From contig PDIP01000057.1 in assembly GCA_002811645.1 (NCBI GenBank), positions 115,802 through 179,801 on the forward strand: a DNA stretch of 64,000 bases, read 5' to 3'. The stretch's first letter is position 1, and the number at the start of each line of letters is the position of its first letter. This document shows positions 1-12,076 of this stretch, piece by piece. Under the pieces are notes generated by a model that worked only from the letters and a program-made list of their open reading frames with translations, did no database searches and was not told the origin of the DNA. The stretch is from Corallochytrium limacisporum Hawaii. Lineage: Eukaryota > Protista > Pluriformea. The position numbers were made by a program, and so were the translations under genes.

Positions 1-561
1 GCACCATCGCGTGGCGACGTGACAGAGCCTGCAGGCCCATCTCGACGTATCGATCGGGCACATGCCGGCTAAGTGCTTCAACTGGCACTGATTCCATCCT
101 GTCCTTTTTCCCGTTAATCTGATCCTAGAAATTCATACTTATTTATGTGTGGCATTGTGCGGTCATCTGGCCACATAATACAGGGAATGTATCTAACATC
201 ATGTAGCTGCGTTACCTCCGAGAAAACACCGGGAGCGTTCAACTCCGCCCCTTGGGTTTTCCTCTGGAGACTCCCCTCCCCGGCGAGCCACCCCCGGGTG
301 GAAGGGGAGGCCAGGGATGTGGTGTCCAGCAATGGGTAAACGTATCGTGTGGCGGTTTATCAACACTGGAGGATTACAGCGCGAACGCGACCTACAATCA
401 TATTGATGTGACCACGATCATGTGTCTCATGTAGGTTGTTCAGACACTGCCCTTTTGAATCCTAAACTGGCCGGTATGATATAGATGCAACATGCCGAAA
501 TGGGTCGTCCAAGGTCTCTTCCCCTCGAGGGAACCCGCAGCAACCGGCTTTTTCATAAACA

Positions 562-587
562 TTAATCAATAAAATATTATTGATTAA
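562..587. repeat. Perfect AT-rich inverted repeat (11-bp arms, 4-nt spacer)
   Basis: TTAATCAATAA-AATA-TTATTGATTAA. Confidence 0.9.
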
Positions 588-3028
588 ATTATCAAGCCAC
601 GTTTTCGACATGAGCTTCCTCACCATCGCTTTCACCAGACAGATCCAATCTGTGCTAGCCGCTATTTCACCAATCAACATATCTTTGATTCGTGTTGAGC
701 ATGGTGATTAGAAAACCAAGGCCAGGGGTACAGCAATGATCTTACTGTGACGATACTCCCGTGTGATGACATGGGCCACGGATGAACAAGCCCAAGCCCG
801 CAATTGGCGCGAACTTCCTCGTTCCCTCCGGTGGTTTTATACGCGCTAATTTCACAAACTGCGGGCCACCAAAAGCGCTGCTGGTCAATTGTCTTATCCC
901 CTGGTTCCTCCCGGCATCAAATCGCCTCTCCCCATCGTACACAGATATGGCCTGGTGTGCGCTCCGGCTGCATGTCCGAACTGCTCAAAGCGACACGACC
1001 CCAGCGCCACAGACCCGCCGTTTTGGAAACGAGGAATGGGGGAGCGGTTGGAGTGTGGCCCGCTCGCCCAGAACGTCTTGAGCGAACAGGCCCACAGGAA
1101 AAATCACGAACACCCATTTCCATAGTGAAATAAGGGCAGCTCAAAACCACAGAGGTGCGGCGAGACCCACTTCGAAGCCGGCGGGTACCTTTGGCAACCC
1201 TTAACGACCGCTTTCATTCCATCCGGAAATCAGAGCCAGCTCGACTATCAACTGGGGCTCATTTTTCGCGCCAAGTCAAAGCCAGCGACGAGCCCAGTAG
1301 TGAACGTATGGTGCTTTGCGCGGCAGTTGTTGCAGCCGGCGGTTGATGAAGAAAGGGAGCACCAGCGGGATGGGTGTGAAGGGTCATGAGACGAGACTGG
1401 CCGAGGGGAGGGGAGGAGGGGGGGTTCGCGTTCAGCGGCAGAGGAATTGTGTGTTACGTTGTTCCTGCAAGCTGCGATCTCACCGCAGCGCACACTATTA
1501 GCGACAACCCCGGTCGCGTACCCAGATGAATGAAAGATATGCTTTTAAGCCCCGGTCCACATGCAGCACCGTTCTTTCCAGCTTTCGGCAACGACGTTCT
1601 CGACCGCTCACCCTCACTCCGCCGTACCCACCCGCCCTAGCAATGAACAGCACCGCAGGCCACAAAGAACGACACATCTCAGAGCATCTGAGAGCATCCA
1701 TGGGCCACCTGGCCCGCTGTTGGGGCCACAAGCAGTATTAGAGGAATCTGCAACCGTGCCGATGCCGTGGATCCACCGGCGGCCCGGCACAAAAGGCACA
1801 CCCAGATCGAATAAGTCCCGCACCAGAAATGAATCACGTAGCGGAGCCGGAGCTCTGATACCCACCATTGCCCGCCCGGCAAAAAAGGGGCTGGCAACCG
1901 ACCTAACCACCGGGGAAGAAATTGAAAGGCCAGCGAAATTGCTTGCTATTTTTTTTTTTAGCGGACGCGTCACTCAACCCTTCTCAGGGACTGGTGACAA
2001 ACAGCGAATCCCGCACGCACAAAAGTTTTGGGAAGTGGTTCACTCGCTGTTACACTTTTTGGGAAGTCTGCCTACCCCTAGAGGCAGGTCATGGCATAAA
2101 CGGTATTGAAACTATGGGAGACCATCGCTCACGAACAGGCGGAAAGGGAGCATGTCAAAACACTGGCAAATTGAAAAAAAGGAGGGACAAAAAAACTTTT
2201 GCTCATAATTCTATTCTGTTCTGGCGCGCCTCAGCTCAAGACCCGGTTGTGGACTATATGTTTCAAGGCAAAATTGGATTGCAGCCGGAGACGGTTTGCA
2301 GCCGGGGATGGTCTCTCTGTCCCTTTTTGCTTTGCCTTCCAACGGGTTTGCACCGTGCCGACGAGTTAAATTTGCCGTATGACCATATCGTATCATTCAC
2401 ACATTTTGCATGAATGCAAAAGGGAAACTCACGGGAAACACTTCCCTTATGATTTCCGTGCGAACAAGCTGAGTGCCATCGGCGGTTCGGGCATTAATCC
2501 GTTCTGTTATTTTTTTATTGCTGCAGGTTTACTCACCAAGAAAAAACTTTGGCCGCCCCTGGCCCGCCCTGTCCCTGCTTCCCTCCCCGGGGGGCTCAAG
2601 CGAGAGCACTCCGTTTTTGCACATTGCCACTGCCGGCTACCGGGCAGGGGCAGGGGGGAAGATGTCGTCATTTTTGATAGGGACTTTTGCCCTGCTTTGG
2701 TCAGCGAAAGTGAAACTGTTTTTTTTTCGTTTTAATCCGCAGCGCTGACGATGTGGACAAAGACGCGAGCTTCGCTCCATTCGTCAGCGAAAAGCGCGCT
2801 TCACCCAGCGCGGTGCAATGCGATGACCGACCCCAAAGGAAAACCACCAGGAACTTTCGTACCCACCGTGGCTCCTCTCCCTCTCCTTTCCCCAACACCC
2901 AACACCCCCCCCCCGGGGGGGGGCGGTGTGTCATTTCTCCACAACATTTTTCACCGTGTTCCGATAGCGTTGGATTCCAGCCAATGAGGCGCAACTATTC
3001 ATTCATTTTGGAGTTGAGGTCTCCCGTT

Positions 3029-3029
<1 letters not shown>

Positions 3030-3069
<40 letters not shown>
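3030..3069. repeat. (CA)n microsatellite
   Basis: Directly visible in the sequence. Confidence 0.95.
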
Positions 3070-3071
<2 letters not shown>

Positions 3072-5954
3072 GAAATGAAAAATGCACGGCATACGCTGTA
3101 CATAGCCTTTGAAGGAAAAGGCAGGGAAGTAGTGTTGGATAATGAGTTCCGCGGGCATAGGTCATCGGTGTCATCTCCAGCTCCATTGCAGGAACGTAAA
3201 ACGAATGTACGGTGTTCGAAAAGCCATCGTCAGTAAAACTGAAACTGATCACTTCTCCAAGGCACTCCGTGCTTTTTGGCCTGTATTTACATGTCAAAAA
3301 ACTCGTAGGGTACATTTACGGCAGAATGAGGACGCAATTCGTCATACGTCCGTGGCCCCTCCTGTAACACTGCGCCGCTGGTGGCTCTCCTTTGGTGCGC
3401 TCCATGGTTCCATGCACCAACGCTACTGTTTCGATGGTCTGATGTCAGCGGACAGCAGCATGCAGCCATGTCTTGAACCGGTTGCCTTTCTCAACCCTGG
3501 ATCCATTGGTTTTGGATGACGGTTGTGTACGGCTACCTGCTAAGAAACACAGAGATAGATGTAACGGCCGCATACACACGGAGCGTAGGCGGGTCTAGAG
3601 CGGCCAGAGGTAGCAGTGCCCGCTGCGGTGGCAAATGCAAAGGACCGCCATGTCGTCTGGGCAGGAAGCTCGACGGTTGAGCAGCACCATTGGTGGCTTA
3701 TGCTGTACCCGTGGCCATGCTGGCATAAATCATACTCTCTTGGGACTCGGCCATTGCGTGCTGGCGATCATTGCGATAGCGTTCGCGTCAGGTCTCTTGC
3801 GTAGTGCCAGGGGCGCCCCGTTGCCACCCCGCTTCTGTACTTGAGCGTCGGCAAAAAGCCATGGCAGTAGGTAATAAGAGCTTTTGAATGATGTGGACAG
3901 CCGGTGCTTGGGTGTCTTTAGCTATTAAAGAGTGCGAGGAACCCACCAAAAAATGCACAATCACAGCAGGGGCCGGAGCCAACTCTCTTGTCCTTCCCCC
4001 TTCCGCGCTTCCTGACCTCCCGCCGGGCGCTACGGTCCTCCGCCCTCCTAAAATCACCTTCGATGAGGTGATCCGCACGCTTTGGATTTCGTCGGTTCTT
4101 TGGATACTGAGTTCGGGGTCTGGCTTTTTTTTTCGTGCAATCTCCGGGCCATTTTTTTCTTTTTTTGGGAGTAGTAGTGCCCAGTGCGCGGGTCTGCGCC
4201 ATTTTCTTCATCCGGTCGTCGCGCGTGCTGCAAATGGCCCAATGGAAATTTACTCGCTGTGTGTCTGTGTGTGTGTGTGTGGCACAGTCTACCTCTCCGA
4301 CCAAACTCGGCCGTCCGAACACACACACACACGTCCTCTCATGCTTGCAGCCAAGACTCGAGAAGCAAAGCCGTATACGTACGTTGCCAATTCTTCGACG
4401 GTTCTCTCGGTATGGAAAAGGTCAGAGGGGGCACGGTATTGCGTCCCAACCGGTCCACCAAAAAAAGTGCGCAAAAACGGGGTGCTTGCGCGGGGTTGGT
4501 TTGTCTGTGCTACTAAAACCCTCCCTTGTCTTTTTTCTCTTTGGTGTGCGTGCCCCGGCCCCATTTTTATCCATTTTCTGCCCAAGAAAGTTCCATTGCG
4601 GGTGCATCGCGCAAGGCCAAAACGGTCTGGCACGACCCTCCCAAAAACAAAAAAAGAAACAGAAGAACAATCGTCCTCCGCTCGTTTGGAATGTTTCTCC
4701 GCCGAAAAAAGCAATTGGAGACGGCAGGTAGAGATGAGGCGCGAATGCGAAGAGAGAGTTTCCACGGACCACCCAGGTCAATTAAAGAAAAAGGGTTTCA
4801 CAAAAGCGCTTGAAAATGTATTGGCGCCGGCTGAGAATGTGGCGCCCTCGTTTCCCCTTTTTTTTCCGTAAAGTACGTAAGTCTGGGTCCCCCCGGGGGG
4901 AGGGGAAGAGGCGGGTTTCGCTCAGTTGGCAAGCGGGCGGGCCCACCACTACCGGCGCCGTCCTGGATTATGAGTTCCCGGCTGCTGGCTCCAATCGTGA
5001 GCGAGGGCGGGGAAGATGGTGGGACCAGCTCACGGTGTGCTCGTCGAGTCCATATAAAAAGTATAGAGAAAGACTTTCCCTCTATTTTTCTCGGCCGGTG
5101 GCGGGGGAGAGTTCCGTTCTTGCGAAACGCTGAAGCAAGCAAGCGGGGAGCCGGGGAACCAATCTCCAACACCGGGTCAGCCAGCCAGGGAAGGGGAGGC
5201 AGTGAGGGGCAGCCTATCGCAGCGCAACGATTTTATCCTCTCCCCCCTTCCCCCCACTTTTATAATGGTACCGTTCGGGTCGGTGTCCTGTGTAGGACCG
5301 GGGAGAGGCATCTGGCATATTGCTACTTGGCTTTTGGGGGGAGAACGAGACGATGGGTTGGCGGTTTGTGGGGGGGGGAAACGGGGTGTGGATCTGATGA
5401 AAGGTGACAAGGGTTACCCGCCCCCCCCCCCTCTTTTGGGCTTTTTTCTATGTGTTTTTTTTGGTGAGTTTTCGTTGGGAGCACAGCTTTTTGCAGCGGC
5501 CACATTCTTCCGCGCTTCCACGGGCACAAGTGGAGGAAGCGAGGCGTAGGAACTCGAGAAACCCGGTGATATCTTAATTCCCTATATGTGGTCTGGGTTC
5601 GGTCTGATGGGCATTGGCAACTCGGAAGTGCTTGACGATTGGTTCGGAAGCTGCCGGGGTTGTAGTAATGGTGATATCGTGATGAACTGTGAGACACGGG
5701 CTGCGAGATGCTACTTGATCATCGCGAGTTTCAACATTGGATCCGATTCGGACCAGCCAAGAACCTGTGGTAGCTTTCGAGTTGGAAGCATACGGGTGTA
5801 ACAGAGCGTGTTTGAAAAAGTGAGTGGACAACAAGTGAACGTCTTCGCGACCCCGGGTGCAGAGTATTTTGTGTGAAATTCAGAGTCTTGAGCTAGCCGG
5901 CCAATCCTACAACCAGCAGAGTTACGGAACAGATTGAAAGTGAACGTCGCAGTG

Positions 5955-6614
5955 ATGCCAGCTTGTGTCGAAGTGGCGTCAGTCTGCAGCTCAGACCTTT
6001 CGGGAAGCTGGGTGGATCTGGGGGAGCCAATTCCGCGATTCCATGAAGTTGTTGTGAGCCACAGTGGTGAAGGCTCACCCGGAGCAGACTCCCCGCGCAG
6101 CACACACAGCGATATTTCGCATTTGTCACAGCTTGTTAATGAGCTCCTAAATGATGAACAGTTTCAGGGTTCCCTTGCGAACTCTTTGGATGGCGATGGT
6201 CCCGTGGACGCCGTGGGCAAAGACATTCTAAAGCGCAGTCTCAGTGAAATCTACCACTTGAACGAAAAAGCCAAGGAACGTGAATTGGAGGCAAAGTCAG
6301 AAACGCACAGTCGAACTTGTCGCCAGGCTAGTGGGCCCGAAGCAGACAAGGAATTGCCATGCATCAAAAGAGTATGGAGTGTCGCAAGGGACCTCGATGG
6401 CCAAGATCAGCGCACCATTGTGGCCCTCAGGAACTACGGCATCAGCAAACGGAGGCGTCGCAACTCCCTGCGGACAAGAGTCCTACAAGCCAACCTCCAG
6501 GAAGACGCTTCAAGATTCCTTGTGAGTCACCTGGCGCTTCTTGTGGTTGGTCTTTGGCTGGGCAATGATGTGGGAATACCCGGAGCATCTCCTATCCAAA
6601 ATCTCTTCCGGTAA
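5955..6614 (+). CDS. BNIP3/NIX-like tail-anchored protein (putative mitophagy receptor)
   Basis: 219-aa ORF from ATG 5955. It has a Ser-rich N-terminal SDLSGSWVDL LIR motif, a basic KRRRRNSLR segment, and a single C-terminal TM FLVSHLALLVVGLWLG with BNIP3-type SH-x6-GxxxG spacing. Confidence 0.65.
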   Translation: MPACVEVASVCSSDLSGSWVDLGEPIPRFHEVVVSHSGEGSPGADSPRSTHSDISHLSQLVNELLNDEQFQGSLANSLDGDGPVDAVGKDILKRSLSEIYHLNEKAKERELEAKSETHSRTCRQASGPEADKELPCIKRVWSVARDLDGQDQRTIVALRNYGISKRRRRNSLRTRVLQANLQEDASRFLVSHLALLVVGLWLGNDVGIPGASPIQNLFR

Positions 6615-6906
6615 TGAAAAAAATGTGTGCAGTCAAAAATGTGTAAAGACAAACTTCCATCTTCCATCATAAGTATCTTCGTTTTGCCATTCTCACCTCG
6701 TTGCCCCATGGCCACTGCAACAGTGATCAATCTTTTGCTTTTGAAGACGTAAGGTCACAAGACTTACTTAAGAATTCGCCAGTATCATAAGAAAGCATCG
6801 AATTACATGATCTTCCAGTATGAATGGTATTGTTCACGTGTTGTTCAAGGCTAATAGAGTACAGAAAATGTTCTTTAACTATTGTTCTATGTTACATTGT
6901 GCGATA

Positions 6907-6972
6907 TTGTTGCTACCACGGCACCTGTCATTCAATCAATTGTTGCTACCACGGCACCTGTCATTCAATCAA
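6907..6972. repeat. 33-bp perfect tandem duplication spanning the HGH1 stop codon
   Basis: TTGTTGCTACCACGGCACCTGTCATTCAATCAA x2. Confidence 0.95.
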
Positions 6973-8128
6973 GAGACTCGGCTTCAGCTTCAGCCTTCTT
7001 CTCGGTCTCTTTGGCGGCGTCGGCTTCACCAGCAGCATCAGCCTCTTCCTTGGCCGGCCCGCCCTCTAGAGCAGGGCGATTGGCCGCCATCTTGGCACGC
7101 TGTTCGTCAAACGATTTTTGATACTTTTCAGGAATTTCCAGAGTATGTAGGTTCTCGTCACCCTCTACACTAAGCAAAATGTGAATCACGTCCGTTACTT
7201 TCTCGTCGCAATCAGCATTATCTTCGGTCTTGTGGTACTCACGCAAGAGTGGGTAGCATTGACGTGATCGCATGTAGTCGCGCCCCTGCCTGGTTCCGCA
7301 TAGGGCAAAGATTGCTTCTAGAATGGTGAGACGGATCTCAGGATTTGGTTCCCGCTTCTTGTCATCCTCCAAAAACTGCAAGTCCTCCGGCAGGCCCTCC
7401 ATCTCATCGTCCCGGAATTCGTCTTCGGGGCCGGCCAGCGGCATCATGAGCGCCAGGAACAGGTCATCGCCCATGCCCTGGAACATGTTCTCCACACATT
7501 CGTAGTCCATGCCCAGGTTCTTGAGGATCATGAACACAGCCTGGCGAATAAAGTCATCTTCGTGCCGGGAGAAAGTCATAATCTTCTTCAGCTGCTTGGC
7601 ATCATCGGCAAGCAGGGCCTTCCGAACACCGCCCTCCTGTGCCATGTTGGCAATGGCCGGTAGCAGGTACTTCGCCCTCTGCTCCTTCTTGTCATTCACT
7701 CCCGCAGTCGCTACGGTATCAATGAAGAGATCCACCACTTCGGCAATATTCTCGTCCTCGGCCACACACTTTCTCAGAGTAATTGGGCTCCGTGTGATGT
7801 TGTTCAAAGCCATGGCAGTATAGTCAACCATATGGGCCTTGTTCTTCAGGGTGTCTGCAAGAGTGCGGATAAAGTATTTGGGAACCTGCTCAAAAATGGC
7901 GCCATCATCGTGTGCGGTGACGTTCACAGTTAACTGAACAGCAGCATTACCCACAATCTCAGGTTGTCGAATGCATTTGTTCAGTCCAAGCCAGAAGTCT
8001 GGTAGAGATGCAAGAGCCACTGTTACATCCCGGTCGCCAGTGACACTCAGGCAAATCTGGATGGCCTGCATGGACACATCAATACGGTCCGAACTCAGAA
8101 AGCCCGCAATTTCTTTATACTGTTCCAT
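6965..8128 (-). CDS. HGH1: HGH1 (FAM203) eEF2 chaperone, ARM-repeat protein
   Basis: Motifs PLAGPEDEF..EMEGLPEDLQFL..DKKREP, LCGTRQGRDYMR and YPLLREYHKTE are typical of the Hgh1 C-terminus. The first ATG is at 8128. Confidence 0.9.
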   Translation of the reverse strand: MEQYKEIAGFLSSDRIDVSMQAIQICLSVTGDRDVTVALASLPDFWLGLNKCIRQPEIVGNAAVQLTVNVTAHDDGAIFEQVPKYFIRTLADTLKNKAHMVDYTAMALNNITRSPITLRKCVAEDENIAEVVDLFIDTVATAGVNDKKEQRAKYLLPAIANMAQEGGVRKALLADDAKQLKKIMTFSRHEDDFIRQAVFMILKNLGMDYECVENMFQGMGDDLFLALMMPLAGPEDEFRDDEMEGLPEDLQFLEDDKKREPNPEIRLTILEAIFALCGTRQGRDYMRSRQCYPLLREYHKTEDNADCDEKVTDVIHILLSVEGDENLHTLEIPEKYQKSFDEQRAKMAANRPALEGGPAKEEADAAGEADAAKETEKKAEAEAESLD

Positions 8129-8646
8129 GATGAGAGAATATGAAAGCAACCTCTATTCGAACCGAGCTGCCAATTCAAACTCGTTCGAATGTATGCACCT
8201 CGGTACAAGGCCTTCTAATCAGATTCACGAACACGTACTGAGTACCTACGTGAGTAACATGCATGTCCATGCAGTCTGTCTGTTCATACACATGCGCACT
8301 CATACACTTCACAAAACACGCAGCGTTGCTGTCTCTGCTCAGAAGAAACCATTGCGCTTCCAATTGTGTCCCCCTCCCACATGCGCAGGAGGGTCCCATC
8401 GCTCCCCGCTGCGGTGCCCACCTGAATGCAGTGCCTTGGAGAGACCCGCCAGGTTGATTCAATATGAGCAGCACTCCCCGCCCTTTTCTTCCGGAACGTC
8501 CTCCCCCTCCGAGCCAGAAACAGTGTTTGCACCAGTGTATCAATATTTACATTAATTTATTTAACGAGGTTATCAGTGATGTAAGGACAGACTTTGTTTC
8601 TACTACACTTTCTGCGCCCAGACCCGGGCCCACAAAAAAAAAACCC

Positions 8647-9112
8647 NNNNNNNNNNNNNNNNNNNNNNNNNNNNNNNNNNNNNNNNNNNNNNNNNNNNNN
8701 NNNNNNNNNNNNNNNNNNNNNNNNNNNNNNNNNNNNNNNNNNNNNNNNNNNNNNNNNNNNNNNNNNNNNNNNNNNNNNNNNNNNNNNNNNNNNNNNNNNN
8801 NNNNNNNNNNNNNNNNNNNNNNNNNNNNNNNNNNNNNNNNNNNNNNNNNNNNNNNNNNNNNNNNNNNNNNNNNNNNNNNNNNNNNNNNNNNNNNNNNNNN
8901 NNNNNNNNNNNNNNNNNNNNNNNNNNNNNNNNNNNNNNNNNNNNNNNNNNNNNNNNNNNNNNNNNNNNNNNNNNNNNNNNNNNNNNNNNNNNNNNNNNNN
9001 NNNNNNNNNNNNNNNNNNNNNNNNNNNNNNNNNNNNNNNNNNNNNNNNNNNNNNNNNNNNNNNNNNNNNNNNNNNNNNNNNNNNNNNNNNNNNNNNNNNN
9101 NNNNNNNNNNNN
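8647..9112. other. Assembly gap (N run)
   Basis: Run of Ns. Confidence 1.
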
Positions 9113-9127
9113 TCTTTCTTGTTTCCA

Positions 9128-9154
9128 CTGCTGCTGCTGCTGCTGCTGCTGCTG
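9128..9154. repeat. (CTG)9 microsatellite
   Basis: Directly visible in the sequence. Confidence 0.95.
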
Positions 9155-9906
9155 CGGCCGTTGCAACCCGGCGGAGCATGTGCCCCGGGTGTCCTTCACC
9201 CGTTCTTCGAGCACAAGGCCCTGCCATCCTCCTCCTTGCCACTTTAACTCCCTGCGGGGTTTCGGTGTTACTTTCAAGCTTTCATTCTGGGGGAGGGGGG
9301 CCCTTACATTTTCCTCCTGAGAGTGCCCCTCATTTTTTGGGGAGAAGGTGCACACGCCGCACCCATGATCTGCAAGACACCTGCACCCCACCCATTTCCA
9401 AAGGGAACGGAGAAAAGCCAGTTCTGACACCTCCCGGCCCCAAGACTCGCGGTGTTATGCAGTAGTCAGCAAACGGACGAAACGGTGAGAGTACCGGTGA
9501 GAAGGTGAAACTCTCCGCAGGAGACACACGACGATCTCAAAGAATCTCAAATAGTTGATTTAGTAGTACTGATTCGTTCACTAATATGGATAAGCTATTA
9601 TAGAGTACTAATATCAACAATCTGATATTGATTTGATGTGTCAATCAGTCAGTTGACACCCTCGAAAGCGTCCGGCTTCCTTCGGCAATAATTTTGACAG
9701 AACAATACGAAATGCTCCTGAAAACTGTCATACGTCCACTATTTTGCATTGTGATCTTGTCAAGATCATGACCTATACTGTCAGAAGACCTCAGGGCCGG
9801 CTCCTCCAACCCACCTTCCGTGCGAAGTCAATGTGCGTCACGGTCGTCCTAGACCAGGCGGCGGTCCCTTTGGAACACACCTGGTACCACGAGCAGTTCT
9901 AGTTAT

Positions 9907-9934
9907 CACACACACACACACACACACACACACA
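9907..9934. repeat. (CA)n microsatellite
   Basis: Directly visible in the sequence. Confidence 0.95.
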
Positions 9935-11276
9935 GCCGGGCGCCGATGGCACGCCCTTCAAACCCTGGAGTAGCATTTGGAGTGTCGGCATGGGCTCGCT
10001 GATGATGGCCGCGGTTGCGGTGATGAAGTGGATGATGTCGTAGACACTCCCGGCAGATGTTCTCTTTCCTTCGCCGTTTGCTGCATCCCCGCGGCAAGTG
10101 TGGGTACGCGCCTGGGATCAGTAGATAGGTTAGTCTTCGAATTGGGTGCGTGTGTGGAGGGAATATTTAATATTTAACGTATTGGAATATACGCTCCACT
10201 TGTACATATAATCAGTATTTCGATATTCCTGGACCGTCGCGGCAGACTGATTGCCCAAAGACTAACGCGCGTAGGCAGGGGCCCGGGTTGCTGCGTGTGG
10301 GCGCGACTTGTGCCAGATCTCGCATTTTCCTCTCAGGTAATCCGTGAAAATGCAATACAGTTTCTACCAAATCGGGTCACTTCAAGCTCCAGAACCGTCA
10401 ACCCCGGCCTTACAGTTTTGCGCTGACGCGCCTCCTTTTTTTGGTGTACAGTTCACTACTTTCTCCATTAATTCACTACTGAAATGGGGTTCCACGGCAC
10501 ACTGGGGCGGAGGCCATGGCGGTTTTCATGTCGTCCACCGAGTTTTCGTGAACTGGCCCACTGCCCGTGAACATGCGGCCCTTTCAATAGTAAATGTAAG
10601 GCTCCCGCCCACCATCCGTTCCTTTCTTTTCTTTGTGCCCTCGGTACCATTTTCATCGCGCGGGCGGGCGGTCACCTTTTTTTTTGGCACAAGCCCCGCT
10701 CCCGCCCAGTTCTACTTTCTCTTTCCTCTTTTTTTTTTTCTTTATACTTTCCCTTACCGCCTCTGTGAACGCCTGCGCAAATGCAGACGTGGCTGACTCG
10801 TCTCCGCTTCCCCTCTCTCCGGGGGCCTTTGGTCTTTCTCCGGTTACCCGCAAAAAGGCGGGACACGAGATAGCCAGGAAGCCAGCCAGCCAGCATAGGC
10901 ACACGCGTAAGGGTCCCCCCTCGAAGAGATTATATGTGTATTGATAGGACCACACCGATGGGTATCTATTACGGCTCCGGGTGAGTTTTCATACACACGT
11001 ACGGCGCGAGGCTTTTCCTCCTGGGCAAACAGACACACGGGAAACACACTGCAACTGCTGCGTTGCGTGTCATCGTCCAACCCTTCCCGTTCTCCCCGCA
11101 ATCTCAGACTCGTTCGGGCTCCCTGCCCCTTAATTTTCTTCACCTTCTCGGAAATTTTTGAGGCCACACACCGACGGAAGGATGTGGGGTGGGAGGGTGG
11201 TTGGGGGAGAGGTAGGTTTGAAGCGCTGAGTGAGCCGGTTGTTCCCCAAAAGGCGAGAGAGAGGGGGGGGGGGGGG

Positions 11277-11506
11277 NNNNNNNNNNNNNNNNNNNNNNNN
11301 NNNNNNNNNNNNNNNNNNNNNNNNNNNNNNNNNNNNNNNNNNNNNNNNNNNNNNNNNNNNNNNNNNNNNNNNNNNNNNNNNNNNNNNNNNNNNNNNNNNN
11401 NNNNNNNNNNNNNNNNNNNNNNNNNNNNNNNNNNNNNNNNNNNNNNNNNNNNNNNNNNNNNNNNNNNNNNNNNNNNNNNNNNNNNNNNNNNNNNNNNNNN
11501 NNNNNN
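11277..11506. other. Assembly gap (N run) flanked by poly-G
   Basis: Run of Ns. Confidence 1.
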
Positions 11507-12076
11507 GGCGAGAGGCAAGTGGGGGGGGGGGGAGGGGGAGAAGTTCTAACACTTCGGAGCGAGTACGGTGGTAGGAGAAGCGATGAGGTGGGCTTGATTT
11601 CGCACTGCAAACTGTTCATACTTTGGGGGGGGGGACGGAACGGAGAGGTTGGTGGGAAGGGGGAGGGGAAGAATCAGGACGACGGTTGCGTATGTGCTAT
11701 ACATATAGATTGGGGCTAATAATAAAATTTACATCCCTCCAACCAACCGAGGGCCAGAGATCATGTGTCTTGGGGAGTCAGCACCGAGGGCGTACCTACT
11801 CTCTTACAGCACGGGGCTTGCAAGATAGATTTCCCAAGCCTTTGTGCTTTCTGATCCGTTTTCTTTGTTGTTCCTTAGCTCACCAAAGGGGTGTGCCCAG
11901 AACAACGATGGAGACAGTTGCTTTGCTGGTACAACAGATCGGTGTATTTGAGGTGGTGACATAAACGTCGGCCGGGGCAGGTATACTTAATTGTACTTGT
12001 CGTTGATCCATAGTGGATAGCACGGGATATAACATGCATTTATAGCGTAGCAGATAGGTCCTAGAAAAAGTGACAA

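Noticed and set aside
1-120. Possible end or start of a gene at the window edge
   Set aside because: The short open frames carry no recognisable motif and cannot be supported.
3888-4871. 327-aa ORF and other long ORFs in the spacers at 1.5-5.5, 22-25, 32-34, 48 and 56-57 kb
   Set aside because: The translations are dominated by homopolymer and microsatellite-derived runs (FFF, KKK, PPP, CVCV) with no domains. They are spurious ORFs in GC-rich intergenic DNA.
8464-9465. ORFs spanning N gaps (also near 11.3 and 27.8 kb)
   Set aside because: They are open only because Ns contain no stop codons.
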